DNA from: Eutreptiella sp. 'Long Island Sound 2002'
Lineage: Eukaryota; Protista; Euglenida
Reading direction: 5' to 3'
Length of the DNA: 64,000 nt
NCBI GenBank assembly: GCA_964036045.1
Contig: OZ038378.1
Location: 23,870,001-23,934,000 of the forward strand
Shown here: piece after piece, positions 25,763 through 37,707 of the stretch
How positions within the stretch are numbered: the stretch's first letter is position 1
How the letters are laid out: the number at the start of each line of letters is the position of its first letter
Made by a program: the position numbers and the translations under genes
Notes under the pieces: model-generated
Told to the model about the DNA's origin: nothing
Databases searched by the model: none
Seen by the model: only the letters and a program-made list of their open reading frames with translations

Positions 25763-25929
25763 CTGCAGCACCGTCTTTTCCATGTCAATGATGTGTGGGT
25801 GGTTGGGCTTCCAATGAATGCGGAGTAGGGGTAAGGCTGCGGCAAAGCACCGGGCTGCCATCTTATGAGCACCGAAGATTTGTGCAATGTGACCAACAAA
25901 GCAGACAATGTTGGCCTCCTCCATAGTAC
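25763..25929 (-). CDS. SMYD-like SET-domain protein, exon 7 (TPR-like helical C-terminal region)
   Basis: Acceptor CTTGTAG|GT and donor CAG|GTGCTT; phase-1 join PG|TMEEANIVCFVGHIAQIFGAHKMAARCFAAALPLLRIHW. The final exon is not resolved. Confidence 0.75.
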
Positions 25930-26145
25930 CTACAAGAGCAGTGTACACAAGAAAGCGGTACACCCAGCAGTGGCCTGCGGACGGGCAATGGGACGCAGAG
26001 CAGTGGCACAGAGGATACTGCCAGGAGGGGGCCGAAATGGCAAGGAACAACAGGGCAGGGTACGGAAAAAAGTGAACAGGGGGCAATCCTCCCGGGCACT
26101 TGCTGGCCTACCTTTGCACAAGCTGCACCATTCTACTGCACAGAC

Positions 26146-26347
26146 CTGGGAAATTGATGCAAAACCAGTACAGGAGCCGCTCGCAGAGTGGCAGCACAAC
26201 CTCCGGCGGATCGGCAACTGCATGGCCATGTTTCAGGGCCGAGTGGTTGAGGGCAAGCTGCGTGTACACCATCAGCGTGCTGGCGAAATGGTACTCTCCC
26301 AGTTCTTGATCGCAATAAGTGAGCATTTTCTTCGCCGTGGGTCGATC
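26146..26347 (-). CDS. SMYD-like SET-domain protein, exon 6
   Basis: Acceptor GTGCGCAG|GAT and donor CCAG|GTCTGT; encodes DRPTAKKMLTYCDQELGEYHFASTL. Confidence 0.8.
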
Positions 26348-26772
26348 CTGCGCACAACAAATGGGCACTCTGGGAAGGGGCTGAGCTGCCCTCCTCCAAG
26401 AGCAAAATTTTGTATGGTGGGTGTATGTGTGCGTTACAGTGTTCGCCACAGATACGGTCAGTAGGATGCTGCCCTACAGCACAGTGTTCCACACTGATAT
26501 GGTTCATATCCAAAAAAAGCTCCTCTTTGCCTGTTCATCACTACTCAATGAACATGGACATGCTGTTCAATGTTGGGCGGGCGTTCCATTCTTCACCATA
26601 TTGTTCCATCTTGTGCGCTGGTGCTTACCGAAGCGAACATAAGAGGCTCAGAGCTGTGCTGGGTGCCAAAAGATACTCACTTTCCTTCCCCCTCCCCATC
26701 TCCCTCCCCCCTCTCTCAATCTCCCTGTCCCTTTCCTCCACACCCCGCCCTCCAAAACAGCAAGTGCGGGAC

Positions 26773-27022
26773 CTGTATAGTGCCTGGGACCACGTTGAAA
26801 TACGTGTTCACTACTGCATTCACGATCTGCTGCTCCTTCTCCAAATCCAAATCCGCATCTCGCCACTGCTTTTTGCAACTCGGGTTGCCGCACGTCCAAG
26901 GAGTGTCTGTGGGCTCGCCATTCGTGGGCACAAAGGACATCTGCCCCGGCATGAAATACAACATTCGTGCATCCTTGCACTCCGGGCACCGCATGCGCCG
27001 CGTGTAGTCTGGGCCCACACAT
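26773..27022 (-). CDS. SMYD-like SET-domain protein, exon 5 (post-SET Cys region)
   Basis: Phase-2 join CCCSR|CVGPDYTRRMRCPEC...WTCGNPSCKK; acceptor TTTTGCGCAG and donor CAG|GTCCCG. Confidence 0.85.
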
Positions 27023-28218
27023 CTGCGCAAAATCAAGCGTCACGAAACCTCTGTTCACACAGAAACCCATCTCTCAACATTGTCGGGCAAGCGGCACACT
27101 CCCCTGTACAATCTTTCAGGAGCAAAATGGATACACTCCTCCAAAAGATTCGCATTCGATCAACATACGAACCTGACAGGCACTGAACAAGCACTGAACA
27201 GGCACTGCCAGTGCCTGTCAGTGCTCGGTGGGAATGGAGACCTCCGGTGGAGTAAGAATGGATTCGTAAGCCAAGAACGTTCGCAGAATGCACTGTGGTG
27301 CATTTCGCCGCCCCCATGGGTGTTGCTACCACCTCCCCTTTCCAAATCTGTCTCCCCCTCCCAGCAGCGCCATAGTCCCTTTCAAAGAAGGTGGGGGGGG
27401 GTTGTTGCAGGGCGTCACCTGAATACGAGTGCATATTGGTTGGGGCAAAGAAAGTTTCGTATCAACCAACATTCCATCCAAGACCCATGGATATGAACTC
27501 AAGATGCCTAGTGCTTGTCGATCAGTGCTTTTCAGCCCGTCAGTATCTGCTACTCCCAGTGCCCGTGTCCATGCCCATGCATGACTGTCCTCGATCTTGT
27601 CAGTGCCTGCCACGGCCCGGGAACATCAGTGGCTGTTATTGCCAAAGGGTGCAAGGGAGGGGCCATGATCTCACGGGTGGTACAAAGGCACGGACGGGGC
27701 TCGAGACCTCGTACAACCCGAGATCCATCCCTCCAAAGTGCATGCACTCCCACAATGCATCGCTCTGTCACCCTGTCAGCACCTTGAAAATGTTGTGAAA
27801 TCATCGGTCCTGACATTCTGTGGATGTCAGACCAACCCATTGTGCTTCCACATGTGTCTCACCACGACTTTCGATGCACGGTCAGGCAAAACGCAGTTTG
27901 CGGGCTCAAGCATCTGCACATGCCCTCCGCAGGGGAGGGTCCATGGCCAATGGGGTTGGGAAACCAGAGTCGTTGCCTTGTGTTCCCTGGGTGTTTGGCT
28001 GCCACATCCTGCACTTAAATCTACACTTTACACAGAGCTGAAGACCTGAAAGAATTGCATCAGTGGCTGGTCGGCTCCAGTTGGAAAAACGTTTTGAAAA
28101 ATCATCTCGGAAACAAATCCCACACTGTGTCTTAGGCTCCAGAGGATTACCATGCAACTGTGCCTTGATGAATACCACGCTTGTGCCGCACGGTTTGTTG
28201 ACCGGAAGAGAGTCAAAC

Positions 28219-28412
28219 CTGGAACAGCAACACTCAAAAAACCGCGCGGGCGCCATGAGCTTCCGACGTTCCACTGTCGACTTCCACAAATCAAACGCCG
28301 CGATGTACGAGAACGTCAGCATTTCCATCTTCTTGATGGGCCGAATGGCACGATACTCGATCGTGTACTCGTCCATCGTGCACAAGCAATTGGGCTCACA
28401 AGCATGGGTGAC
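28219..28412 (-). CDS. SMYD-like SET-domain protein, exon 4 (SET core)
   Basis: VTHACEPNC...YRAIRPIKKMEMLTFSYI...ERRKL...RFFECCCSR matches the NHSCxPN / ELTISY / post-SET CxCxxC motifs of SET domains. Confidence 0.9.
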
Positions 28413-28609
28413 CTGGTGAGCGATCAAACACGCATATCAAAAGGGGAGGAATCCATGCAGGTCCATGGTGCAGCGTGCACAAAATGGGTGATGTCCAGGC
28501 CCAGCAAAACCACTGAAAAAAAATTAGCACCAGCCAAAGCGGATGAATGTACCAACGCCCGAAGCAAATGGTGCATGAGAAAACTGTTTGTTTGTGAAAC
28601 ATTTGGTTA

Positions 28610-29223
28610 CAAGGGGGGGGGGGGGGGCTTCGTGGCGGGAAATTTTCGCCATGGGATATTTTGCAGCGGGTTTATTTCGCATGCAGTCCTGAATTTGCTG
28701 TGGGAAATTTCGCACCCACGTGATCAGGGCCAGTTCAGCCATAGAAGCAAAACCTGCCCTAGCCAACAGTGTTGCGTACTGCTGGAAGCCAAGGGGTCCC
28801 GTGATTTTAAGCAGAGGTACAATATGACTTGGAGGTCATGTGATGCTAATCGTGCCCCGTCTACGTTTGTGCACATCGTGGCTGACAATGCATGGCGAAG
28901 GCAAACTCAGTTCAGCACGCCATTGCCGGCAGCTGGCTATGGACGAGACTGCTGTCTATTATTCTCCATCCCTGCAAAGAATGTAGCAAGCTGCAGGCAA
29001 AGTTCCATTACAGATTCTGACGGCAGCATTTCTCTGTTCCAGCTCTTGTGGAAGGGCACAACAGACTTATACACAGGCAACTGTTGGACACGACATTTTG
29101 CTAAATTTCGCAGCGGGTTTATTTCGCACAGCGGCCTGCAAATTGTGTGGGAAATTTCGCACGAATTTGGAATGCGAAATATCCCACGGCGAAATAATCC
29201 CGCCGCGAAATCCCCCCCCCCTG
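28610..29223. mobile_element. TIR family B MITE with TA TSD, inside the SET gene intron
   Basis: TA|CAAGGGGG..CTTCGTGGCGGGAAAT ... ATCCCGCCGCGAAATCCCCCCCCCCTG|TA; subterminal GCGGGTTTATTTCGCA repeats. Confidence 0.85.
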
Positions 29224-29548
29224 TATGTTTTTGTGCGCCACAGAACCATTTCCGTAACAATTGCCCATGGGGATGGGGCTGCCGCGATACCACGAAATAA
29301 ATGAGGAGAGTGTGAGCATCGTGATGGTAACTCACACTGCCAAAGGACGCCGCAGGCCCTGCTTGCCACTGCTGCTGCCCGCACGGATCAACCCCACGGC
29401 GTTTTACAGTTCACCGTGGACAAATGTGTGGGGGTTCAACCAAAAGCAGGCTGGCAGACACTGTGCTAGAAAAAAGGTGGTCAATGACTGATATGGGCAG
29501 GTGTGAGTTAGGGACTGTGCCTTGGATCCACTGTGGGGTGCAGGTCAC

Positions 29549-29702
29549 CTTGCTGCCCAGCTCGTAAAGCGCAGTGCACTCCAATTCTTTGCCAGTTGCA
29601 TGTTGATTAGTCCGAAGGATGAGTAAATACCGCACCAACGCCGCGGGATCCAGGTCCTTGAATTCTGGGAGAGTGCAAACCTGTGTACAGGCACTCATGT
29701 AC
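29549..29702 (-). CDS. SMYD-like SET-domain protein, exon 3
   Basis: R|YMSACTQVC...YLLILRTNQH...ALYELGSK| leads directly into VTHACEPNC; acceptor TTTACAG and donor AAG|GTGACC. Confidence 0.85.
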
Positions 29703-30049
29703 CTGTAAATGAATGCCCAAAGGCTGAATACGGCTGGGTTGTGGGCGAGGAGGGAACAGCATCTGCACTGTTGGAATGGGAGAGTGTCCTTGTACCTGCA
29801 TCTGATTGTGCAGAACCAAAGCAAACGCTGGTCTTGAACCCTGAGGGTGGGTGGGCAAGGGCAAGGGAATGGCATACTGGCGAGGAAGTTTGAAGGACCC
29901 CCCTCCACCCCACCCCGAGAAATGGGTTGTCACAAAGTGGGAGATACACTTTTAGGGATTCTACAAGGGATGAACCCCCTAATTTGACCACTTGAGCTAT
30001 GGTGCACGAATAGGCTCCTCAGAGGTAAATGGTATTTCGCACGTATGCA

Positions 30050-30140
30050 TGCAAGCCCCCCTGGTTTCGATCTAACAACCTCTGCCAGATGCTTTGCGAA
30101 GTCTAGCTAAGTACCTAAGCGCAATGGCCAAGTGGCTATT
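30050..30140 (-). repeat. Dispersed tRNA-like/SINE-like repeat (GAGGTTGTTAGATCGAAACCAGG)
   Basis: Motif shared with 42338 and 42963; resembles a degenerate T-arm/B-box. Confidence 0.4.
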
Positions 30141-31822
30141 CAAAATGATGAAGCATGATTCCAATGCCCTTGGCAAATCCACATCGCAAACCAGTCTAAA
30201 ACCAGACCAAAAATGCTGGCTATTTGACCTTGATCTACGCCAATATAGCCCAAAAACAGCTCTTCCTAATTGATGAATTCCTGCTACATGGCTTCCTGTG
30301 TACTCCCATTGTCACAAAATGATGTCAAGCCTGGCCTCAGGGCCCCTGCGGGGTTTTCAGGGGTTTCCCCCCAAAAAGATTTTCAGCCAGCCCATGTCAG
30401 CCCAAAAAGCGCTAAGTCGTATGTGGCCCCACCGGTTGGCCCATACGTTGGTGGTGCCTGGAAACTAAACATGGGTTCCCTGCCATTGGGGGTCCAGAGA
30501 GGGGGTCCAGGCAGATGAAAAGACTTGAATGGCACCTGGGTTGATGCACAGGGGCAAGTGCATCAACCATGGTGCCAAAACGGCTCTTCAGGGCCAATCT
30601 CGGCAAAGCTTAGATGGCAACTTGCATGCAAAGTTTGGCCCATGGCATCCACCATGTGTCTGTCCCATGGGTCAATTGTATTCTTACGTGGCTCCACTAA
30701 CAGCGAGACTGCAGAGCGGCGCCCCACAGAGGGCCACACCACTGTGGACTGTTTTTAGGCCAGCATGGGTTGGCTGAAAGTTGCCCTTGGGTGGCACCTG
30801 TGGGTGGCGCTGTGCTTGGCTTGGGTGATCACTTGGTGACAATGGGAGTGGATGCCAATCCACAGGAGTCATGGAGCAATTAGGCCCACCATTGGTGTCC
30901 CCTTAAAGGGCTGTTTTTGGGCTATATCAGCTCATTTTATAGCTTCAGACAAAACACCGGGCGCACTTTGTGGTACGCTGTGAAGAGCAATGCGGTGCAA
31001 GGTGGACTTGACCAAGACAATGTGGCGCCACACTGTTCTGATAAGAACACCACAATGGGCAACTTGAGTGCTTCATTGCACACACATTCCCACCATTGGC
31101 GAACTGGGTTTCCGCCCCCTTACGTGCCTTGGTCTCTCTGGAACAATCAGACATGCTGCACCTCATCTCCTGAAGACACCTTTGACCTCCAAATAAGTCT
31201 GAAAGGATCCTGTGCTTTCGCTTTCATGGTTCAACCTCCCACTTCCACACAACAGGCCCGGAGTCGACAAGGCTTCTCCATCCTGCAGCCCCTTTGTGGC
31301 CTTGTCGCTTTCCCCCTCTTCCTTCGGCACCATGCAAAACTTGGTCTTGGACTTTTCCGGGGTTTTGCGGGGGGGGCATTGGTGCTACATGGCGCCTGCT
31401 GGCTTGATATGTGCTCCCATTCTCAGCTGTCGCCTGCTGCAGTAGAGCGTGTGGCACGCAGAACGTGATTCATTCTGCATAGGAAAGACCCACCGCAGTG
31501 AGGGTACGGGTAGGCTGCAGCACAAGGCAAGTGTGACCAGGTGGAACTGGAGAACGTACACACACCCTGTCAAGATGTTGGCCTGGGAATTTTACGGTCT
31601 CACTGCCAGCACTCGTGAACCGGGGGCAGAATTTGCGGGATTGCATTTGGCATGGAGGTACAGAATATGCTGAACCTCAGGAGCTCGATAACAAATACAC
31701 TTTTATCTTCATACTTTCCAGCCAGCATTGCGTCTGTTGCTGCTGTTGGTTGATGTTCACGTTGTTGCCGCTCGGTGCTGATCAGCAGGGCCAATGAAAA
31801 GAAATTCCTCGCGGCGTGAATT

Positions 31823-31861
<39 letters not shown>
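31823..31861. repeat. (CAA)n microsatellite
   Basis: Direct reading. Confidence 0.95.
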
Positions 31862-32067
31862 GTAACACAACCCGAAATACTGCAGCATGTCACACGTGTG
31901 TGTGGTGATGCACCATCGCAGACCCATTGCACACTTGCGCCCAAACAAAAAACCGATCTGCCGTGGTTGAGTGGCAGTTCAAAGGAAAACAACACTTCAA
32001 ATGAGAAAGGTCATGCCTGGTGTTGCACGCCGTGCATGCACGGTCAACGAAAGAACAAATGAAGTAC

Positions 32068-32240
32068 CTCTTGAATTCCTGCCCTTCTTTGTCGAGATCC
32101 GGGGCAAAGAATTCGAGGATGCGGCCCTTGGTTTCCTCTGATGCAAGGCTAAAGTGGTAAATGGAGAACAAATAATTGTTGCCAAGGCCGTTCTCCACAG
32201 CTATGCGCTCCAAAGGTTCGAATACTTCTACTCCTGGCAC
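32068..32240 (-). CDS. SMYD-like SET-domain protein, exon 2
   Basis: Acceptor GCATCAG|GTG and donor AG|GTACTT; encodes VPGVEVFEPLERIAVENGLG...EGQEFKR. Confidence 0.8.
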
Positions 32241-32867
32241 CTGATGCAGGGAATGACAGGCGTCAATTAAAGACCAACCGGAAATTGAACCCTAACGGAG
32301 AACAATCAGGCATTGACACGAAGCGGTCCCCCTCGTCATGCTAAATAAGCACAAGGGAAACGGAGAAGTCCTGACCAACCAACGATCACGCTTAAGTAAA
32401 CGAATGGCTACCACGTCGCTATGACCAAAGAGGGTGCTCGCTGTCAGATTTTTCTGAGGTTCCTCAACTTTTGAGCGGTCTGTACTGCACCCTTAGGCCC
32501 GTCTTTCCCCTCGTGAATTTCCACGTCTTCATAGTTGGGTCGAAGACATCCTGTGGGAAACCTTGTGACAACCTTATGACACAAAAATTGGACGGTTTGG
32601 ACCGGGCAACCTGGATCCCAACATCGAAAAGGAAATATTTCACCGGCGAGAATACTTGCAAAGTGACACTTGTGATCCCCCCCCCTGGCAAAAAAATCTG
32701 CACATTCGATTGGCTGAGCAAGGGCACGATGAGGTGTCCACGAAATAGACAGATGGTTCGGGAATGAAGCTAAGAATTGGTCTGCAAAAGTGTTGACGGA
32801 AGGGACCATCAATCAGAACCTTCCCGTTTCCTTGTTCTTTGTGGGGAGCGAAGTGGTAGCAAGATAC

Positions 32868-33083
32868 CTTGTCTCGAGGCAAAACTATCAATGGTTCCTC
32901 TTTAAATACCGTTTCCCCCAAGGTAAAATCGCGTGCTGCACAAGCGGCATTGTCCACAATTCTGGTCTCCACCACCACAATGTTGGGGTTGGCGTCCAAC
33001 TTGGCCCACTGGGCTTTTGCCTTGGGCAGTTCAGGCTTTGATGTCTTCGCTTCGTCAGCCACAGAGCCTTGTTTCTTTGTCAT
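32868..33083 (-). CDS. SMYD-like SET-domain protein, exon 1 (N-SET)
   Basis: MTKKQGS...AARDFTLGETVFKEEPLIVLP is the typical N-SET strand; donor AAG|GTATCT; ATG is preceded by TTTGTTTCCCAG 8 nt upstream. Confidence 0.85.
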
Positions 33084-34940
33084 GGTGCCCCCTGGGAAAC
33101 AAAGCCACGTGTCTATTTCTAAGAGCGATGCACTGCCAAACGTGCACTTCGTAAGTTTGCTGTGGCTTGTCCGCAATATTCGCGAAAACCAAACACCACG
33201 TGATTTGGGTCTTTGTGCGTGGTGGTGAACCTTTCGGTTCAGTGCTGTGGAAACCGCGTGTGCCTGCGCACCAACACCTGGTGAGGTGCTAGGACCAGGT
33301 TTCGTGAGAAGTGGGACCAAAAGTTCCAATCGGTCCAGAACTTAAAGAGATTTTTCGACGACAGTGGTGGCACCAGGGAAACGTATCACCTACCTATCTA
33401 ACGACCAGGGACTTCTGTCTAAGATACCTGAGTCTGAGCCTCTGTCTGGGTAGCCATGTTCTGAAATGAGCAGTTACAACTCACGAATCGCGTCCCAGGA
33501 TTCCTATACGTATTCTTACACGTTATCCCAACTTCGCCAGTGCTTGGTGCACTGAACTCCCTTGGCAGGCATTAGCCCTCCAACCAGGCTCCCGCAATAA
33601 TTCTAAAATAAGAAGTGCCAACGGAAGAATCAGCCGACGCCGAATCCCTCCTGAGCAACGACTGAGAGCGCAAGGATATGTCTGGGCCCCAGTGGTTTTC
33701 ACAGCCATCTTCACTGCTGAGGGCCTGAGATATGCTCTTTCTTCATTTATACTACACAAGATTCCCTTGAATGTCAGTGGACTGAGCTGTCGAAGGTCAG
33801 GGCTAACATGGAGAGCTGGTCTTGATACCCTCCAAAATCACGTAGAAACAATTTGCGGTGGGAGGATGCTAGGGTTTTATGGCCATGGTTTACGACAAAT
33901 GGGGCGTAGGTCCCCCAAAAAATCTGGGCCGCCATCGGATGGGTTGGTGAAGTTTTGCACACCCGCAGTACATTCCTCGGGACCCTCCACTTGCAACCGT
34001 TTCTTGGCTTTGTTTGGCCTCTCTTGGCAACCTAGAGTGTCCAACACTTCCTCAAATACCACTTTTGTGCAACAATATTCTTCTCCGAAGAACCGACAGT
34101 CTAAGGGGAGCCGTGGAAAAACATCACCTGAAGAATCGGCAGTTATTGTTTACCTCGGACCCATCACATGCCACAGGTGAGGAAATTTGACGACAATGTT
34201 TCCGAAGCTTCCGACAACGTCCTATGCTCACTCAAAAATCAACGAGAAACCCGGCTTTGTTGAAGTTAACAGCACAAACAAAAGTCAAAATGTGTTTTGT
34301 TTCTGAAAAACATTTGATTCACCTCGAGATTTTGGGGAAATCTTCACTCCAAGCAGGGTGTCCGCGCCTACACTACTCCCTTAAATGAACATGGCAAAGG
34401 GAAGGGGGGAAGGCACAAATCCACAATCCTAAGAATCTGACCCGGCGGGGACGGAGGGCCTCCTGGGTCCTTCACTTCTGTGAATGACTTGATTCAGGCA
34501 CTGGAGGATTTGTGGCGAATAACAGATTTCACTCTTTACTCTATAAACCGAGAAAAAAGTGATCTACGGTTTAAAATGATGCTGGCTGAATCATTTGAAC
34601 AGACCAGCCAATGCTCAAAGGCGACTTCTGCACTTCTGGTTGTCGTGTTGCTGCTGTTGATTTGCTGTTGATTTTGAAATTGGTACTGTGTTTTGATCTG
34701 CACGGAGTTTTTCTTCTTGAAGGCATGCACCTTTCGTTGCGGGAAATGCCCGAGATGCAGTGAAGGGTGTTTGCGCCTTCCTGCGGGAATGATTCCGGTC
34801 ACCGAAATAACCGTCGGATTGCCCAAGAATTTCCGAGGGGAATGGAAGCAGGCTAGTGGTCACAATAGAACCGACGATTTCCTCCTGCATCTCCGCTTAG
34901 AAACACAGATCCCTCAAGTTTCTCAGCTGTTGAACCCCCG

Positions 34941-35213
34941 ATGAGTTCGTACAGCTTGCATAGCGTCGGGGACGACGAGGAACGAAAGAAGAGCACGAAG
35001 AGCATGCGCAGCAAGAGCAGCCGTGGGGACCTCGAGGAGAAAAGAATGAGCACATACAGCTTGCACAGCGCAACTGAGGGAAAAAGAATGAGCACATACA
35101 GCTTGCACAGCGCCAGCGAAGGAAAAAGAATGAGCACATACAGCTTGCCCAGCGCCGGTAGCCGTGTCGGCAGCCGCACATCCGTGGGCAGTGCTGCCCA
35201 AGATTTGATGGAG
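34941..35213 (+). CDS. Beta-helix/C2 protein, exon 1 (Ser/Lys-rich repeats)
   Basis: ATG-started ORF with 3-4 copies of KRMSTYSLHSA; donor GAG|GTTTGT joins exon 2 in phase 0. Confidence 0.7.
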
Positions 35214-35322
35214 GTTTGTTGCGGTGCATTTGCACCACATGCTTGAACTCTGAAATCAACCGAAATGTGGGTGGCTCAACAAGAACAAAGCCGTTTTGGT
35301 GCAATTTTCTTCTGTTTATTAG

Positions 35323-35481
35323 GTGAGAGAAGAAATCACAGTCGGCCCCTTGGGTTCTGGTTGCCAATTCATCAGCGTGAAAGATGCAATCGACGCGGCC
35401 AACGACTTCGCCAAAATTTTAATTGAACCAGGCACCTACTTTGGGTGCCTGAGCGTCAACAAGAGTGTCTGGTTATGTGGG
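35323..35481 (+). CDS. Beta-helix/C2 protein, exon 2 (pectin-lyase-like / PbH1 cap)
   Basis: TVGP...SVKDAIDAA...ILIEPGTY...VNKSVWLCG is the standard N-terminal cap of right-handed beta-helix domains. Confidence 0.85.
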
Positions 35482-35593
35482 GTATGCCTTGCTCCCTGGT
35501 TGGCCAACTGGCTCATCCAAGTCATGATGTGAGGTGTACCCGCTCACGCGGGCCCATCACACTATACCAACCCTCCTGTTTTCTGGTTTGCAG

Positions 35594-35780
35594 GTGGGGC
35601 GTGCAGAGGATGTGCAAGTTCGCATGACTGGTGCACAGAGAGAATCTTTGAAGGAGGAGAAAGGGAGGGATTATTTCCACAGACCATTGATCGAAGTGCA
35701 ATCCCGGCGCCTCCAAGTGGTGGTGTCAGGGCTGACATTAGCAAGCACCGTGGCCACTGCACCACTGATCGTGACAAATT
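35594..35780 (+). CDS. Beta-helix/C2 protein, exon 3
   Basis: Acceptor TTTGCAG|GTG and donor T|GTATGT; encodes VGRAEDVQV...VVVSGLTL. Confidence 0.75.
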
Positions 35781-36050
35781 GTATGTTGTTCTCTGTCGTT
35801 TCACCATTGAACAGTCGGTGTGAGTGATCACATGGCATATGGGTCGCACAGGGCGTTCAGAGGAAGGCCAACGGACGAGAGACGATCTCGACGGCCGCGA
35901 GGCCTGGCAACGCCGCGAGTTGGGTCACCATAACAAATAATGGGCAGCAAGACCACCGAAGGGCTGACGGATTTCTGCTCTGGGCGCCGTTAGATGCAGG
36001 GGTGACGTCCAGTAGCAATGGTTACTACTTCTTCTGTTTTCCTCCCACAG

Positions 36051-36150
36051 CTACAGCCAGTGTTTTGGTCCAAGATTGCCGCCTTATTGGACTGGACACC
36101 ACCATCGTTGTGCAAGCGATGGATGCGACCACGTGGCTCACATCTTTCGG
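36051..36150 (+). CDS. Beta-helix/C2 protein, exon 4 (further exons at 36.4-37.0 kb unresolved)
   Basis: Acceptor CCTCCCACAG; phase-1 join gives STASVLVQDCRLIG; donor GG|GTATGC. Confidence 0.6.
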
Positions 36151-37540
36151 GTATGCATTTGGACACTGAGGCGTTTGTGACCGTTGTGGCTTGCTCGTGG
36201 AGGCAGGGAACGCACAGCAGGAACAAGGGCGTTGAGCGACATCCCGATGGTCGAGCTGCAGGGGGTTATGGGGTATCCGCGAATCAGTAGCAGTAGTCTA
36301 ACCAAATCATCAGGCCCGGTGGAGAGCAAGAATTGGGAAGGATGGAACTTTCACTGACCCGTCTGCTGTAGGTTGGGAGTGGAAGTTTTCATTTGCTCTT
36401 TTCTTCTGATCTTATTCTTTCTATGTCTGCTCCATGCTTGTAGTGGCTCTGCTCCTCTTTTCAGGTCGATTGAGGCGTCCGGGTATGATTGCGCAGTCCG
36501 TGTTGCACGTGCTCATCATTCATGTCTTGCTTTTGCTGCTGCATTTATCTGCACGACCGCGTGTGTGCGTTTGGGGCTTGGAGGTATGGGTTGGAGGGGT
36601 TTGGGGAAGAAGCACACCCCCTGCTAGCCTAACCTAGCCCCAAACCCAGCACTCCAGCCCTAACTGCATGCCAGCGAATGACGTGGCTTTACTTTCACAG
36701 AAAGGCTCCCGCTTTTTCATTTCACGCGGAATCCACGCAATTCGAGCCGTTGACAAGCAGCCTGACAGGACCAGCGGGTTAGCGGCAGCAACAGATGAAG
36801 AGCAGTACACTGTCAGAGTTGTGGACCATTGCGGCCTGTATTCTTGGTAATCTCAGCATCCACTTGTTTTACTCACCCTCTTCAATACGTAAGGTTTTCG
36901 TGGATCTCTCCACCAAGTGGGTGTATTTGAGTCTGCTTCACAGCAGGTACGTGGAAGCGTTTATGGCACCAGTGGCGCGGAGTTTTTTTCCAGTCTGGTT
37001 TTCACTTGCAAGGGGTGTGCAGGCATGATATCTGCGATTTGGGGCGCACTAGTACCAGTTCCATAAAGTGGCAGGTCGCATGAGCAACAGTGCCCTGTCA
37101 ACAGCAAACACCAGAGCAATTTGGCTTCCGCGCAGATGCAGGGGCCATGCAACCCCCAGCAACCAAAGCACCGGCCGCAGTCAGTGGTGTCCAAGGATTT
37201 GCACCCGCAAATTTTGCACGGCAAGGGACAGCACGTATGCCCGCAGACGGTCGGCCAGGAAAATGCACCGTTGCACACCGTCACGGTGTTCTGTACGGTC
37301 ACGACCCGCAAAGTGAAGAGGGGAATGTCACAAGGGTTTTGTTTTGGGGGATTGGAAGGAGGGGCAGGCCAAGGAGACAGACAACAGCCACTGGGCAGCG
37401 TGAATGAGCGGTGTTTAAGTTTGTTGGAGAGGAAGTTGGCAACGCAGTTTGATGCAGTCCGCCCATGGGGAGTGCCCCTTTGTGTGTGATTGTGCCGTGT
37501 CCAACGAAGTCGCCACATGATCACGTGACTGTGGATGCAG

Positions 37541-37707
37541 ACTCAAAAAGTTGCACGTCACAGTCAAGGATTGCAAAGAATTGCGCGCCCCAGGAGGTGC
37601 GGTCCCTGATCCCGAAGTTCAATTGGAGCTTGGCAACGATATTAAGAACACTTCAGTGAAATCCCGAACGGCTGACCCACAGTACGACGAGTTCTTTACT
37701 TTCATCA
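37541..37707 (+). CDS. Beta-helix/C2 protein, C2 domain exon A
   Basis: LHVTVKDCKEL...DPEVQLEL...TSVKSRTADPQYDEFFTF matches C2 strands 1-4. Confidence 0.85.

Noticed and set aside
31680-31816. In-phase potential extra exon in the SET gene intron
   Set aside because: Exons 2 and 3 already join naturally (EFKR|YMSAC); the segment abuts a microsatellite and has a weak acceptor
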